A DNA stretch of 14,957 nucleotides from Candidatus Jordarchaeales archaeon (lineage in GTDB: Archaea > Asgardarchaeota > Jordiarchaeia > Jordiarchaeales > Freyrarchaeaceae). This document shows, piece after piece, positions 14,038 to 14,957 of this stretch. The stretch spans positions 1 to 14,957 of the forward strand of contig JAWCFL010000016.1 of assembly GCA_038858525.1 (NCBI GenBank). Reading direction: 5' to 3'. Every line of letters starts with the position of its first letter. Within the stretch, counting starts at the first letter, position 1. The notes beneath the pieces were generated by a model. The model saw only the letters and a list, made by a program, of their open reading frames with translations, did not search any database and was not told the origin of the DNA. The translations under genes were made by a program, and so were the position numbers.

Positions 14038-14957
14038 CAGCGTCTCTGGATTTCTCCGATCTCCTCCAGCACCTTTGAAGCAACCCAACGTACATCCCAA
14101 TTTTCATCTCTCAATGCCTTAACGAGTTGATCTATTGCTTTTGCGTCCCCGATTTTTCCTAGTGCTTCTGCCGCCGCCCTGCGTACTCCCTCACTCTTAT
14201 CCCTCAACGCTGCTGCAAGAAGCTCTATTGCTTTTGCGTCCCCGATTTTTCCTAGTGCTTCTGCCGCCGCCCTGCGTACTCCCTCACTCTTATCCCTCAA
14301 CGCTGCTGCAAGCGGCTCAACAACCATCGCGTCCCCAGTATTCCCCAGCGCCAGAGCCGCCGCTCTACGCACACTTTCATTCCTATCATTTAGCGCTGCC
14401 ATTAATGGCCTAATTACTCTCACATCTCTGATCTTCCCTAGTGCTTCTGCCACTGCTCTTCGTACATCCCAGTTTTCATCGTTCAGCGCCATTACTAGTG
14501 GCTCGACTGCTCGTACATCACCGATCATTCCCAAAGCTTCCGCCGCTGCCCTACGAACATCCCAATTCTCACTCCGTAGCATCGCGGTGAGTGGACCAAC
14601 AGCCCTTGTATCCCTAATCATTCCCAGCGCCAAAGCAGCGGCCATACGAACATTCTCATTTTCATCCCGTAGTGTTGCTATGAGCGGCTCAACCGCCCTC
14701 GCGTCTCTTATCTCTCCCAGCGCTAGGGCTGCCGCCCTTCTCACGCTATCACTTTCATCCCGTAGTGTTGCTATGAGCGGCTCAACCGCCCTCGCGTCTC
14801 TTATCTCTCCCAGCGCTAGGGCTGCCGCCTTCCTCACCTCCCAGTTTTCATCTTTTAATGCAGCGGAGAGCGATTCAGTAGCTTGTGCATTCCCGATCAT
14901 TCCTAACGCTAAAGCTGCGGCTACGCGTACATCCTGGTTTTCGTCTCGTAGTAGTTC
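14037..14957 (-). CDS. HEAT-like (PBS lyase / alphaRep-type) 31-aa repeat protein, 5'-partial
   Basis: Repeats of L.D.(N/S)..VR.AAA.ALG.I.D..AV..L. The frame is open from the window edge ([19 protein letters not shown] precedes the called Met at 14900), so the real start lies outside the window. Confidence 0.93.
   Translation of the reverse strand, partial: ELLRDENQDVRVAAALALGMIGNAQATESLSAALKDENWEVRKAAALALGEIRDARAVEPLIATLRDESDSVRRAAALALGEIRDARAVEPLIATLRDENENVRMAAALALGMIRDTRAVGPLTAMLRSENWDVRRAAAEALGMIGDVRAVEPLVMALNDENWDVRRAVAEALGKIRDVRVIRPLMAALNDRNESVRRAAALALGNTGDAMVVEPLAAALRDKSEGVRRAAAEALGKIGDAKAIELLAAALRDKSEGVRRAAAEALGKIGDAKAIDQLVKALRDENWDVRWVASKVLEEIGEIQRR
14131..14312. repeat. Exact DNA duplication, 93-bp period (14131-14219 = 14224-14312)
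   Basis: 89 identical bases on manual comparison. Confidence 0.9.
14660..14829. repeat. Exact DNA duplication, 93-bp period (14660-14736 = 14753-14829)
   Basis: 77 identical bases on manual comparison. Confidence 0.9.

Noticed and set aside
14135-14413. Plus ORF with an internal repeat
   Set aside because: The repeat simply mirrors the 93-bp HEAT duplication.
14131-14829. Repeats as a possible CRISPR array
   Set aside because: The 93-bp period lies in frame within a protein repeat, with no unique spacers and no cas genes.
14898-14900. ATG 14900 as the HEAT gene start
   Set aside because: The frame stays open and keeps the repeat consensus up to the window edge.

Overview
Archaeal chromosomal window, probably from a thermophile. 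Evidence: archaeal-type GluRS, GGTGA/GAGGT ribosome-binding sites, TATA/BRE-like promoters and E/K/R/V-rich proteins. A free-standing roadblock/LC7 gene is compatible with an Asgard-like lineage, but that is inference only. Left to right: a frameshifted IS607-family serine transposase fragment abutting mtxX; a minus-strand run of gltX, A24 prepilin peptidase, M42 aminopeptidase and mtxX (methanogenesis marker 4-like); a HAD hydrolase; a TIM-barrel isomerase/endonuclease-like gene; roadblock/LC7 convergent with an HprK-like P-loop protein; an acyl-CoA cluster (family I CoA-transferase alpha and beta, a small beta-rich protein, a FadD-like ligase); a CDF transporter with three C-terminal domains and largely missing His ligands; and a HEAT-repeat gene with exact 93-bp-period duplications running off the right edge. 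No CRISPR array, tRNA or rRNA was seen. The least expected signals are non-coding: AGCTTC within a few nt of 5 of 7 TAG stop codons, recurrent intergenic CTTC..GAAG hairpins, a perfect palindrome filling the roadblock/kinase junction, a palindromic candidate bidirectional promoter, and a G-quadruplex motif with duplicated initiation sites ahead of fadD.
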